Assembly (NCBI GenBank): GCA_029820995.1
Contig: JALGUG010000010.1
Location: 9,878 to 73,877 of the forward strand
Direction: 5' to 3'
Source: Candidatus Zipacnadia bacterium
GTDB lineage: Bacteria > Armatimonadota > Zipacnadia > JALGUG01
Length of the DNA: 64,000 nucleotides
Shown: positions 27,039 to 35,597 of the stretch, in pieces
Layout: each line of letters starts with the position of its first letter
Position numbering within the stretch: the first letter of the stretch is position 1
The notes under the pieces: model-generated
What the model was told of the DNA's origin: nothing
Databases searched by the model: none
What the model saw: only the letters and a program-made list of their open reading frames with translations
Position numbers and translations under genes: made by a program

Positions 27039-28369
27039 CCGTACGTCCAGTCGTGGGCCTCGAGGCTGTCCAGCAATAGCCGGCGTTCGTACTGTTCCAC
27101 GCTCGTTTCGAAATTGCCGCCCTCCTGTTCGGGCGGCTGCTCAAGCGCCGCACGCCGCAGTTCCAGCGGCAAGTGTCGCGCCTCCAAGGTGTCGCCCTCC
27201 GCGCGGCAGACGGCGCCCTCGATCACGTTCTTCAGCTCGCGGGCATTCCCGGGCCAATCGTGCCGCTCCAGCAGTTCGATCGCCTCGGCTGACAGCTCCT
27301 TCGGCTCGATGCCGGCGATCTCCTCGGCGAAACGCTCGATAAAGTGCCGGGCCAAGGGCACAATGTCATCGCGGCGCTCGCGCAAGGGCGGGATCTCGAT
27401 AATCCAGCCGCTCAGCCGATCGTACAGGTCATCTCGGAACCGCCCCTGCTCGATCGCCGCCCGCAGGTCCGTATTGGTCGCCGCGACGATGCGGACATCC
27501 ACCTCCAGCGTGTCGGTGCCCTGGACGCGCTCAAAGCGCTGGTACTCGATCACACGCAGGATCTTGGCCTGGAAGTCCAGGGACATGTTGCCGATCTCGT
27601 CCAGGAACAGCGTCCCACCGTCGGCGATCTCGAACCGCCCGTGCTTGAAAGGTGCCCCGTCAAAGGCGTTCTCCTCTTGCCCAAACAGCTCACATTCCAG
27701 CAGCCCCTCGGCCAGAGCCGCGCAGTTGATCGTCACAAAGGGCCCATCACGGCGGGCGCCGTCTTGGTGAATGGCCGCGGCCACGAGCTCCTTCCCGGTG
27801 CCGCGCTCGCCGACAATCAGCACCGGCCGGGGCAGTGAGGCCACCTGCCGAACGGTTTCCATCACCTGCGCCATGGCTCGGCTGGCCCAGACGACCTCGT
27901 AGCCGTGGAGAAGCTGCTGGCGCATGAAGTCGCGCTCGCGCTGCAGCGCCGACGCACGAGCCTCGATCCGTCGGCGTTCAGTGAGCACGCGCAGGAGCCG
28001 CGCCGCCTTTTCCATGCTGATGTCGAGCTGCTCCTCCATATAGGCATCCTTCTCGATGAAGTCCTCGGCTCCAAGCTTGATCGCCTGCACGACGGAGCTG
28101 GTAGTGCCCTTGCCGCTGAGCATCACGACCGGCAGATCTGGCGCCAGGACCTTCAGCCGCTGCAGCGCCTCCAGGCCATCCACACGGCCCTCTCCGAAGT
28201 CGAGGTCGAGAATAACCAGCGCGTATTCATCCGGGCGAGCCGTCACGAGGTCCAGAGCTGCTTCGGCATAGGCGGCTGTCTCGACCTGATGGCCGCGGCG
28301 CTTCAACAGGTCCTCCAGCAGGTCCCGAACCTCCGGTTGGTCGTCTACGACGAGAATCGGTGCCTCCAT
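27039..28369 (-). CDS. Receiver plus PspF-like AAA+ sigma54 activator; HTH and stop disrupted (frame open to 25919)
   Basis: REC: ILVVDD..LDLDF..LSG..FIEK. AAA+: GERGTGKELVA, INCAAL, ENAFDGA, LFLDEIG, LRVIEY, FRDDLYDRL, WPGNARELKN. Similarity ends at LEAHDW. Confidence 0.88.
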
Positions 28370-28404
28370 GTTGTCACTCACGGCTCTCCGAGCCGCCAAT
28401 CGCT

Positions 28405-30318
28405 TCAAAACTCCTCCAGTTCGGCCTGGATCAGCTTCCCCGGGTCCTCGGACAGAATGGGCCGCAATCTCAGCCGGGCCCGACTACGGGCCACATCGAG
28501 GTTTAGCGGGAGCTCAACTGTCGCACGGGTGCCGCCGCCGGGCGCGCCCTCCAACCGAATGGAGCCCCGGTGCTCATGTGCCACCTGCTCCGCAATGGCC
28601 AGTCCGTACCCCGAGCCGCCCGGTTTCGTCGTATACCCTGGCCAGCCGAGAATCTGGGCCTGTTCGGGCGGGAAGCCGACGCCCGTGTCGGCTACGATCA
28701 GCCGTACGCCCCAGACATTGGGGCCCCCGCTCGTGGTCGCGTGGTCCTCTATGGTCTCGGCTGTCAGCGTAAGCCGCCCGCCGTCGCACATCGCCTCCAG
28801 GGCGTTGTTGACGAGATTCTGGATCATGTTCCGGAGTCGGCCCGGATCGCCGCGGATTTCGGGCAGCCCGGGGGCAATCCGCAGCTCGACCTCCAGACCC
28901 TCCGCTCGCTGGCCTCGCGCCTGGCCGGCCGCCGTCTCGAGCAGCTCCGCACAGTTGACCACCTGGAAGTCTAATTCCTCGTGATGCAACGCGCTCAAGA
29001 AATCCTGCATGCCGGAGAAGATGCGCTCCTCCAGAGCCAGGAGTTCGTCCAGGCGCTGCGCCGCTTCCGGTTCGTGTTCTGCCAGGTCGCGGCGGAGCCC
29101 GCGCATCCGGGTGGCATGGACCGCGAGCGAGTTCTTGAGCTGGTGGATCTGGTGATAGCTGGCTCGGTGAGCCTCGGCACGGGCGACGTCCACGAAGGCG
29201 AGCACCAGTCGAAAGGCCACAGTGCTGGCCGTTTCGGGAAGCCGGTCCAGCAGGCGTCTCAGCAGGTCCTCCAGGAACTCGTGGGGTGCGTCATAGCACA
29301 GGCGGGCCAAGTTCTGGTACGCGTTGCCGTAGTCGGGGTCGGCCACCAGGGCGCGCAGAAACTGCTGCGCCGCCTCCTCCGGACGTCCGCGACGGCGACT
29401 GATGATCCCAAGGTTGTTGTGCGCGGGCGCGAAGTTCGGCTGCAACCTGAGGCAACGCTGATACTCCTCAACCGCACGGTCATAGGTCTCCGGCCGGTCG
29501 TCATACAGACAACCGAGGGCGAAGTGCACCAGGTGCGCCTCGGGCAGCAGCCGGTCCACGTGCGGCTGCTCGGCCAGTTCCTCCAGCACTTCCAGCGCCC
29601 GATCACGGCAGGAGGGATCCCGGTATTTCGCCTTGGCGTAGAGAATGCCCAGTCGTAGCCGAGCCGGGAGATGATCCGGGTTGATTTCGATAGCCTTCCG
29701 GAAGGCCTCTTCCGCCGCGGCATCGGGCGTGCGGACGTCCTGGGCATGAACCAACCCCAGGTTGTAGTACGCGTCAGCATTACCAGGCTCCAACTCCGCG
29801 GCGCGCGCCAGCGCTTCCTCCGCCTCCGCCCAGCGCTCGCACGCGCTGTAGGCAATCCCCAGGTCGTACAGCGCATGCGCGCGCTGCGGATCGCGCCGCA
29901 GCACTTCCTCGAAGTCCGCGAGGGCCGCTTCCGCATCGCCCGCCTCGAAGGAAGTGTGCCCTCGATAGTGACGGGCGTCGAGGTGGTCAGGGTCCAGCTC
30001 CAAGGCTGTGGAAAAGCTGTGGAGAGCCGCCGCAAATTGCCGGGAATCCTTGTGGATCAGCCCCAAAGTGAAGTGGAAATCTGCATTCCGAGGAGCCAGT
30101 TCCAGAGCCTCCCGGACCTCTACAGCGGCGCGCTCGAAGGAGCCCTGCTTATACAAAGCGACCCCCAGGTTGTGCCGCGCGCGCGCGTACTTCCCGTCCG
30201 CCCGTAGCGCCTCGCCGTACTCCGCAATGGCCTCATCGAGATGCCCGGCAGCGAGCAGGTCATCGCCACGGTCGCAGTGGTGCCGAGCAACTAGCTGGTC
30301 CTGCCGCGCATCGCTCAC
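28405..30318 (-). CDS. Soluble TPR-repeat histidine kinase
   Basis: About 9 TPRs, H-box IHQLKNSL, NLVNNALEAM, DTGVGF, YTTKPGGSGYGL; no TM; GTG start with SD. Confidence 0.9.
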   Translation of the reverse strand: MSDARQDQLVARHHCDRGDDLLAAGHLDEAIAEYGEALRADGKYARARHNLGVALYKQGSFERAAVEVREALELAPRNADFHFTLGLIHKDSRQFAAALHSFSTALELDPDHLDARHYRGHTSFEAGDAEAALADFEEVLRRDPQRAHALYDLGIAYSACERWAEAEEALARAAELEPGNADAYYNLGLVHAQDVRTPDAAAEEAFRKAIEINPDHLPARLRLGILYAKAKYRDPSCRDRALEVLEELAEQPHVDRLLPEAHLVHFALGCLYDDRPETYDRAVEEYQRCLRLQPNFAPAHNNLGIISRRRGRPEEAAQQFLRALVADPDYGNAYQNLARLCYDAPHEFLEDLLRRLLDRLPETASTVAFRLVLAFVDVARAEAHRASYHQIHQLKNSLAVHATRMRGLRRDLAEHEPEAAQRLDELLALEERIFSGMQDFLSALHHEELDFQVVNCAELLETAAGQARGQRAEGLEVELRIAPGLPEIRGDPGRLRNMIQNLVNNALEAMCDGGRLTLTAETIEDHATTSGGPNVWGVRLIVADTGVGFPPEQAQILGWPGYTTKPGGSGYGLAIAEQVAHEHRGSIRLEGAPGGGTRATVELPLNLDVARSRARLRLRPILSEDPGKLIQAELEEF

Positions 30319-30519
30319 GGTGCACTCTCCTGAGGGGATTGTAGCCCAACAGCCGGAATCATTCAACAGTGCGGCGAGCGCTGTCCGGTCCTAAGGCAGG
30401 AGGACCACAGCTTTGGCGGAACCTTGTCGCTAAGTCTCAGCCGTCGCCGGTCATGCCGCCGAAAGCCTGGGACACCGGCGCTCCTCTCCTGCTCCGCTTC
30501 AACTCAAAGGGTGGTGACG

Positions 30520-31608
30520 ATGGGAAATACCGCCAAAGATATTGGTCTGGGGGTGGTCGGCATCGGGCTGGGCGCCGCCTTGCTCGACATTAATCACGTC
30601 GCTGATTCCCGTCTGCAGGTGCGGGCTGTCTACGACCCTCACCCGGATCGTCCCCACCAGCGTTATCAAGTCGGCAAGAGGCTCAGTTCGCTAGCCGAGG
30701 AGTTCGGCGTTGCTCATATCGCGGACACGTACGAGGCCCTGCTCTCGCGCCCCGACCTGGATTGCGTGGCCATCTTCTCGCCTTGCCCTTATCACTGCCG
30801 GCAAGTGCGGGCGGCCCTTCAGGCCGGAAAGAACGTCATCGTCACCAAACCGCTCGCGGTGTCATTGGAGGAGGCTCGCGAGTTGGTTGAACTGGTGGAC
30901 CGCACTGGCCTGAAGCTTCTGGTCGCCCAGAGCATGCGCTGGAACAGCCGGTTCCGCGCGATCTATGACCTGTTTGCCAGTGGCAGGCTGGGCGAGATCA
31001 GGTTGGCGGAAAGCTACTACGTTCATGACATGCGCCCCGTCTTCGACCGGTCCCCCTGGCGCTATCAGTTGCCCCAGGACTTCATGTATGGGGGTGTGTG
31101 TCATCCCGTGGACCTGCTGCGCTGGTTTCTCGGCGAGGCGGACGAGGTATTCGCCTATGGTAGCCACGGGGGGCTGGACGCGCGCTATCCAGCAGACAAG
31201 CATGATAACTTCATCATCTCGATCAAATATCGCAGCGGTGTCATCGCGCGGGTGCTGGGCGCCTTTGACCTCGTGCATCCGCCATCGCTTTGGAGCAGGC
31301 CCTCTCTGGTTGGAATTGCTCTATACGGAACGAAGGCTTCGGTGTTCAACGATCGGGTCGTGTATGATTCCTACGCCCAGAGCGCACCCCAAGAAGAAGC
31401 GATCGAGCCCAAGGGCGAAGCGCTCGACCACGCGGGGGAGATCATTGGCTTTCTGCGGCATTTCGAGGATTGCCTGGTGAACGATGACAAGCCCCTGGTG
31501 GACGTCCGGGATGGCGCCCAGGTCATCGCGATCTGTTCAGCCTGCTGGGAATCGATCCGGTCCGGCCAGCCCATCAGAGTTACGCGGGAGTTCGACCTCA
31601 GTCACTAG
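30520..31608 (+). CDS. Gfo/Idh/MocA family oxidoreductase
   Basis: GVVGIGLG, H..Q...ALQAGKNVIVTKPLA, GVCHPVDL. Confidence 0.9.
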   Translation: MGNTAKDIGLGVVGIGLGAALLDINHVADSRLQVRAVYDPHPDRPHQRYQVGKRLSSLAEEFGVAHIADTYEALLSRPDLDCVAIFSPCPYHCRQVRAALQAGKNVIVTKPLAVSLEEARELVELVDRTGLKLLVAQSMRWNSRFRAIYDLFASGRLGEIRLAESYYVHDMRPVFDRSPWRYQLPQDFMYGGVCHPVDLLRWFLGEADEVFAYGSHGGLDARYPADKHDNFIISIKYRSGVIARVLGAFDLVHPPSLWSRPSLVGIALYGTKASVFNDRVVYDSYAQSAPQEEAIEPKGEALDHAGEIIGFLRHFEDCLVNDDKPLVDVRDGAQVIAICSACWESIRSGQPIRVTREFDLSH

Positions 31609-31750
31609 CGCCGACCAAGAGGCGGCTGTCGAACGCCGATGACGTTGCAGGCAAGGATTCTTCGTGTGGTCGAAAACGGGCCTCTGAGGCGCTCAAGGCC
31701 CGCAGCGTCGGTTTGGCCGCATTTCATGTACGCAGCCTTGGCCCCACGCC

Positions 31751-31779
31751 TTGTCACAGGCGGGCGTTTGGGGTACAAT
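31751..31779 (+). promoter_or_regulatory. sigma70 promoter of murA-mreB
   Basis: TTGTCA-N17-TACAAT. Confidence 0.7.
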
Positions 31780-31956
31780 GTTCATCACCGCTCTGTAAGC
31801 CAGGCAAGGAGGTGACAGCGGCCGTTTTGTCACCAGGCTTCGACGGCAGAAGAGCGCACAGTTAAGAACGCAGGACACTGACGTTGCGTCGCAGCAAGGA
31901 TCAGAGTCAGGGCAGCACTTCGGCCTGGGCTCGACCGACCCTAGGACTGGGGGGAG

Positions 31957-33258
31957 TTGACATTGGAGACCATCCAAATCGTGGGTGGGACGCCGCTGAG
32001 AGGCGATGTGAGGGTCAGCGGCACTAAGAATGGCTCCCTGGCGCTCTTGGCAGCCTCGTTGCTTGTCCCGGGCGAGAGCGTTATTGAGAACCTTCCCGAC
32101 GTCAGCGACGTCGGGACAATGATTCAGATTCTCAGATCGCTGGGAGCCAAGTGCGACATGGTGGGGCCGCGGACGCTGCGTGTGAACGCGGCTCGGTTGT
32201 CAACATGTGAGGCCCCCGAAGACCTCGTACGCAAGATGCGGGCCTCCTTCCATGTGGCCGGCCCTCTCCTGGCGCGTCTGGGCGAGGCGCGCGTCCCGCG
32301 ACCTGGGGGATGCGTGATTGGTTCACGCCCCATCAACTACCACCTACAGGGCTTTGGGGCCTTGGGCGCCGAGGTGTCGGAGGAGCACGGGCTTGTGGTA
32401 ATGCGCGCCTCTCGACTGCGAGGAGGCCGCATGTTCTTGCATCCTCGTTTCCGGAGTGTCGGCGCCACGTTGAACATTATGATGGCTGCGACGCTGGCGG
32501 AGGGAACCACCGTCATCGAGAATGCTTCGCGCGATCCCGATGTGGTTGACTGCGCCCGGTTTCTGGTCGCCTGCGGGGCGAAGATCAGCGGCATCGGTGG
32601 AGCCGCCATGAAGATCACCGGTGTTCCCAGACTGCACGGCGCTCGTTTTGCGGCCTCGCCGGATCGGATGGAGGCCGGCACTCTGCTCCTGGCCGGTGCG
32701 ATTACCCAGGGGGACGTGACGGTTCGGGGCGTGCGCGTGGCCGACCTGCTGTTGACCCTGGATGCGCTGCGGAGCGCTGCCAGCAAGATCCAGACGGGGC
32801 GAGGATGGATCCGGATTCAGAGCGAGGGACGGCCGAAGCACTTTGACGTGATTACGGCGCCCTTCCCGGGGTTCCCGACCGACCTGCACCCGCTGACCGT
32901 CGTGCTGATGTCCCTGGCACAGGGACGCAGTGTGATGGAGGAGACGATCTTCGAGGCCCGATTCAACTATGTGGACGAGCTCTCGCGTATGGGCGCGCAG
33001 ATCCAATTGAAGGGAAACACAGCTATCGTCACAGGCGTTCCGCGACTGTCGGGAGCGTCAGTGATAGCAGTGGACCTGCGGGCCGGTGCTGCTCTGGGCC
33101 TGGCAGGGCTGGCGGCGGAGGGCGAGACGACAGTTGGTGGCTGGGAGCACGTGCGGAGAGGGTACGAGGACCTGGACCTGAAGCTGCGGTCCCTGGGCGC
33201 ACAGTTGACGGAGTCGGAGCGACCGACAGCGCGGCTAAGAAATGTTCAGTCTGGTTGA
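31957..33258 (+). CDS. murA: UDP-N-acetylglucosamine 1-carboxyvinyltransferase
   Basis: SGTKNG, KMRAS, PGGCVIGSRPI, SVGAT.N, DRMEAGT, PFPGFPTD, DLRAGA. Confidence 0.96.
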   Translation: MTLETIQIVGGTPLRGDVRVSGTKNGSLALLAASLLVPGESVIENLPDVSDVGTMIQILRSLGAKCDMVGPRTLRVNAARLSTCEAPEDLVRKMRASFHVAGPLLARLGEARVPRPGGCVIGSRPINYHLQGFGALGAEVSEEHGLVVMRASRLRGGRMFLHPRFRSVGATLNIMMAATLAEGTTVIENASRDPDVVDCARFLVACGAKISGIGGAAMKITGVPRLHGARFAASPDRMEAGTLLLAGAITQGDVTVRGVRVADLLLTLDALRSAASKIQTGRGWIRIQSEGRPKHFDVITAPFPGFPTDLHPLTVVLMSLAQGRSVMEETIFEARFNYVDELSRMGAQIQLKGNTAIVTGVPRLSGASVIAVDLRAGAALGLAGLAAEGETTVGGWEHVRRGYEDLDLKLRSLGAQLTESERPTARLRNVQSG

Positions 33259-34267
33259 GGACCTGGGGATTGACCTCGGCACTGCGAACATTGTGATCTA
33301 CGCGCGGAACCGGGGAGTGATTCTGCGCGAACCCTCAGTCGTTGCCGTTGCGAAAGACAGTCGGCGTGTTCTGGCGGTCGGCGAGGAAGCTCGATTGATG
33401 CTCGGCCGAACGCCCGGAAGCATCGTGGCCAGCCGGCCGCTGCGCGATGGTGTGATCGCTGATTACACCGTCACCCGCGAGATGCTGTCGCTCCTCATCA
33501 GCAAGATCTGCGGCCGCAAGGCTCGAATCTTCAAACCCATGGTCGTGGTCTGCATTCCCTCGGGAGCCACCGGCGTCGAAAAGCGCGCCGCACGCGATGC
33601 CGCGCGTGCCGCCGGCGCACGAGAAGCACACTTGATTGAGGAACCCATGGCGGCGGCCATCGGCGCCGGTCTCCCCATCGCCAGTGCCGGCGGGAATATG
33701 GTGGTGGATATCGGCGGCGGCACAACGGACGTCGCGGTGATCTCGCTGGGCGGCATCGTTCTGAGCGATTCGGTTCGCTTGGGCGGAACCAGGCTGGACG
33801 ACGCCATCGCCCGCTACATCCGCCGCGTCCACAATCTGGCTATTGGAGAGCGGACCGCCGAGGATGTCAAGTTTCGCATTGGATCGGCCTCGCCGCTGGA
33901 GACGGAACTGACAACGGAGGTTCGGGGCCTGGACCTGATCAGCGGCCTGCCGCGCACCATCACGGTGAGCTCGGCTGAGATCCGCGAAGCAATGGCGGAC
34001 CCCATCAGTCAGATCGTCGGTCGAGTCAAGACGATCCTGGAGCATACGCCTCCGGAACTCGCAGCCGACATCATCGAGCGTGGAGTAACCCTCACCGGCG
34101 GCGGGGCCCTGATGCCGGGCATGGACCAGCTCCTGGAGCGCAGCACCGGCGTCCATGTTCAGGTGGCCGATGATCCCATGACGTCCGTGGCCATCGGGAC
34201 GGGCCGAGCCTTGGAAGAGCTGCCCACGCTCCGGCGGCAGAAGCAGCCCGTGCTGATGGTGGACTGA
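33242..34267 (+). CDS. mreB: Rod shape-determining protein MreB/Mbl
   Basis: IDLGTAN, EPSVVA, RPLRDGVIAD, EEPMAAAIGAG, VDIGGGTT, LTGGGAL. Confidence 0.95.
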   Translation: MFSLVEDLGIDLGTANIVIYARNRGVILREPSVVAVAKDSRRVLAVGEEARLMLGRTPGSIVASRPLRDGVIADYTVTREMLSLLISKICGRKARIFKPMVVVCIPSGATGVEKRAARDAARAAGAREAHLIEEPMAAAIGAGLPIASAGGNMVVDIGGGTTDVAVISLGGIVLSDSVRLGGTRLDDAIARYIRRVHNLAIGERTAEDVKFRIGSASPLETELTTEVRGLDLISGLPRTITVSSAEIREAMADPISQIVGRVKTILEHTPPELAADIIERGVTLTGGGALMPGMDQLLERSTGVHVQVADDPMTSVAIGTGRALEELPTLRRQKQPVLMVD

Positions 34268-34297
34268 AACTGCCCCGCATACCACACAGCAGCGGCG

Positions 34298-34334
34298 AAC
34301 GGCGCCCGCCCCGGTAGGCGCCGTTTCCTTGTTT
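34298..34334 (+). terminator. Rho-independent terminator after mreB
   Basis: AACGGCGCC..GGCGCCGTT stem followed by TCCTTGTTT. Confidence 0.6.
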
Positions 34335-34343
34335 GCGGACACG

Positions 34344-35525
34344 CTACCCGCTGCCGTAGGTTCTCTGGAGTTCCCGAAGGGCGAAGGCTTGACGGAGACG
34401 GCGGACGGCAGCTTGTGCGGCTTCGTCGGGCGCTAGGCCGACCGCGTCGGCATCCTGGGGGTAAACTTTCAATAGACGACGATTGCGGGCGACCACAACG
34501 GGTATTCCGTGGTCCTCCTCCACGCGCACTTCGTAACCTCTAAGCCCGGCGCGAAGAGCGGCATTGAGCTGATCGGCCGCGGCCTGCAGCCGCGCCAGGG
34601 GCGCAGCGCCCTCCGGCGATGAAGCCGCAGCAGTAAGCAGCGGCTGTCCCCAGAGCCAGAGCTGGGCCTGCAGTTCCCCGCCGTCAAAGCAGTCCAGGGC
34701 TTCAGCTCGTTCCCAGTAGGTCACACTCAGCCGGTTGATGTCCACATCCAGGCGTTCGAGCTTCGCCCGGATGTTGCGCAAGCGCTCGTCCGGGTACGGA
34801 TGCGTCTGAAAGATGCCCAATTCGGGCTTGGGCTGCAGCCGTGTCTCCCGCGACAGCTTCTCCATCAGCGTCAGCAATCCGACGGGATTGTACGGGCTCT
34901 CATTCACGATCAGCAAGCCGAGTTCGTCGGCCTCCGTCTCGTCTTCGATTGAGTAGCCGCTCAGAAGGCCCATGCGCACGTACTGCGCGCCATAGAAGAC
35001 CGTTGCAGCATCACCGATTCTGGCGCCCAGCAGCACCGCGGCTGCCGCGGCCGCCAAGGTTCCCACGAAGGCCTTCTTGTTCTTTTTGGCCTGATCCAGA
35101 GCATGGTATAGCAACGTATGAGCCATCTCGTGGGCCAGCACGCCGGCTAGCTCGTCGTCGGACTCAACAGTCTCCAGCAAGCCCCGCGTGACGTAGATGT
35201 ACCCGCCGGGAAGCGCCATTGCGTTGACCATTTCCGTGTCGAGCAGCTTCACGGTGAACTTCACCGGCGGGTGCCTGACCGGCTTGACGCTGAACCGCCG
35301 CTGGGATGGGCGCTGGTGCTCCGCCAATTTCGCGACAATGCTCTCGACGCGCTCCTGAGCCTTCTGATCGTGATAGAGCTTGAAGATGTGCTCCACCTTC
35401 TCCGCGGCTCGACGACCCACGCGAGCCTCCTGCTCCGGCGACCACGGCGGACGAGCCGCGGCCGGCACCAGCAAGCCGAAGAACTGAATCCACGCCACCA
35501 GCAAGAAGCATCGACGCCAAGACAT
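34344..35525 (-). CDS. Secreted M48 metalloprotease (BepA/YfgC-like)
   Basis: Signal peptide, NAMALPGGYIYV..GLL, LAHEMAH, YS..ETEAD, THP..ER. Confidence 0.9.
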   Translation of the reverse strand: MSWRRCFLLVAWIQFFGLLVPAAARPPWSPEQEARVGRRAAEKVEHIFKLYHDQKAQERVESIVAKLAEHQRPSQRRFSVKPVRHPPVKFTVKLLDTEMVNAMALPGGYIYVTRGLLETVESDDELAGVLAHEMAHTLLYHALDQAKKNKKAFVGTLAAAAAAVLLGARIGDAATVFYGAQYVRMGLLSGYSIEDETEADELGLLIVNESPYNPVGLLTLMEKLSRETRLQPKPELGIFQTHPYPDERLRNIRAKLERLDVDINRLSVTYWERAEALDCFDGGELQAQLWLWGQPLLTAAASSPEGAAPLARLQAAADQLNAALRAGLRGYEVRVEEDHGIPVVVARNRRLLKVYPQDADAVGLAPDEAAQAAVRRLRQAFALRELQRTYGSG

Positions 35526-35597
35526 GGCACGCTCCCCTTAAGCTTTAGACACCCCCCAGCGTCCCAGTGTTGCGCGGTTGTGTGACGCCTGACGTCG

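Noticed and set aside
32299-32335. Fosfomycin-resistant MurA variant
   Set aside because: The active-site Cys (PGGCVIG) is retained.
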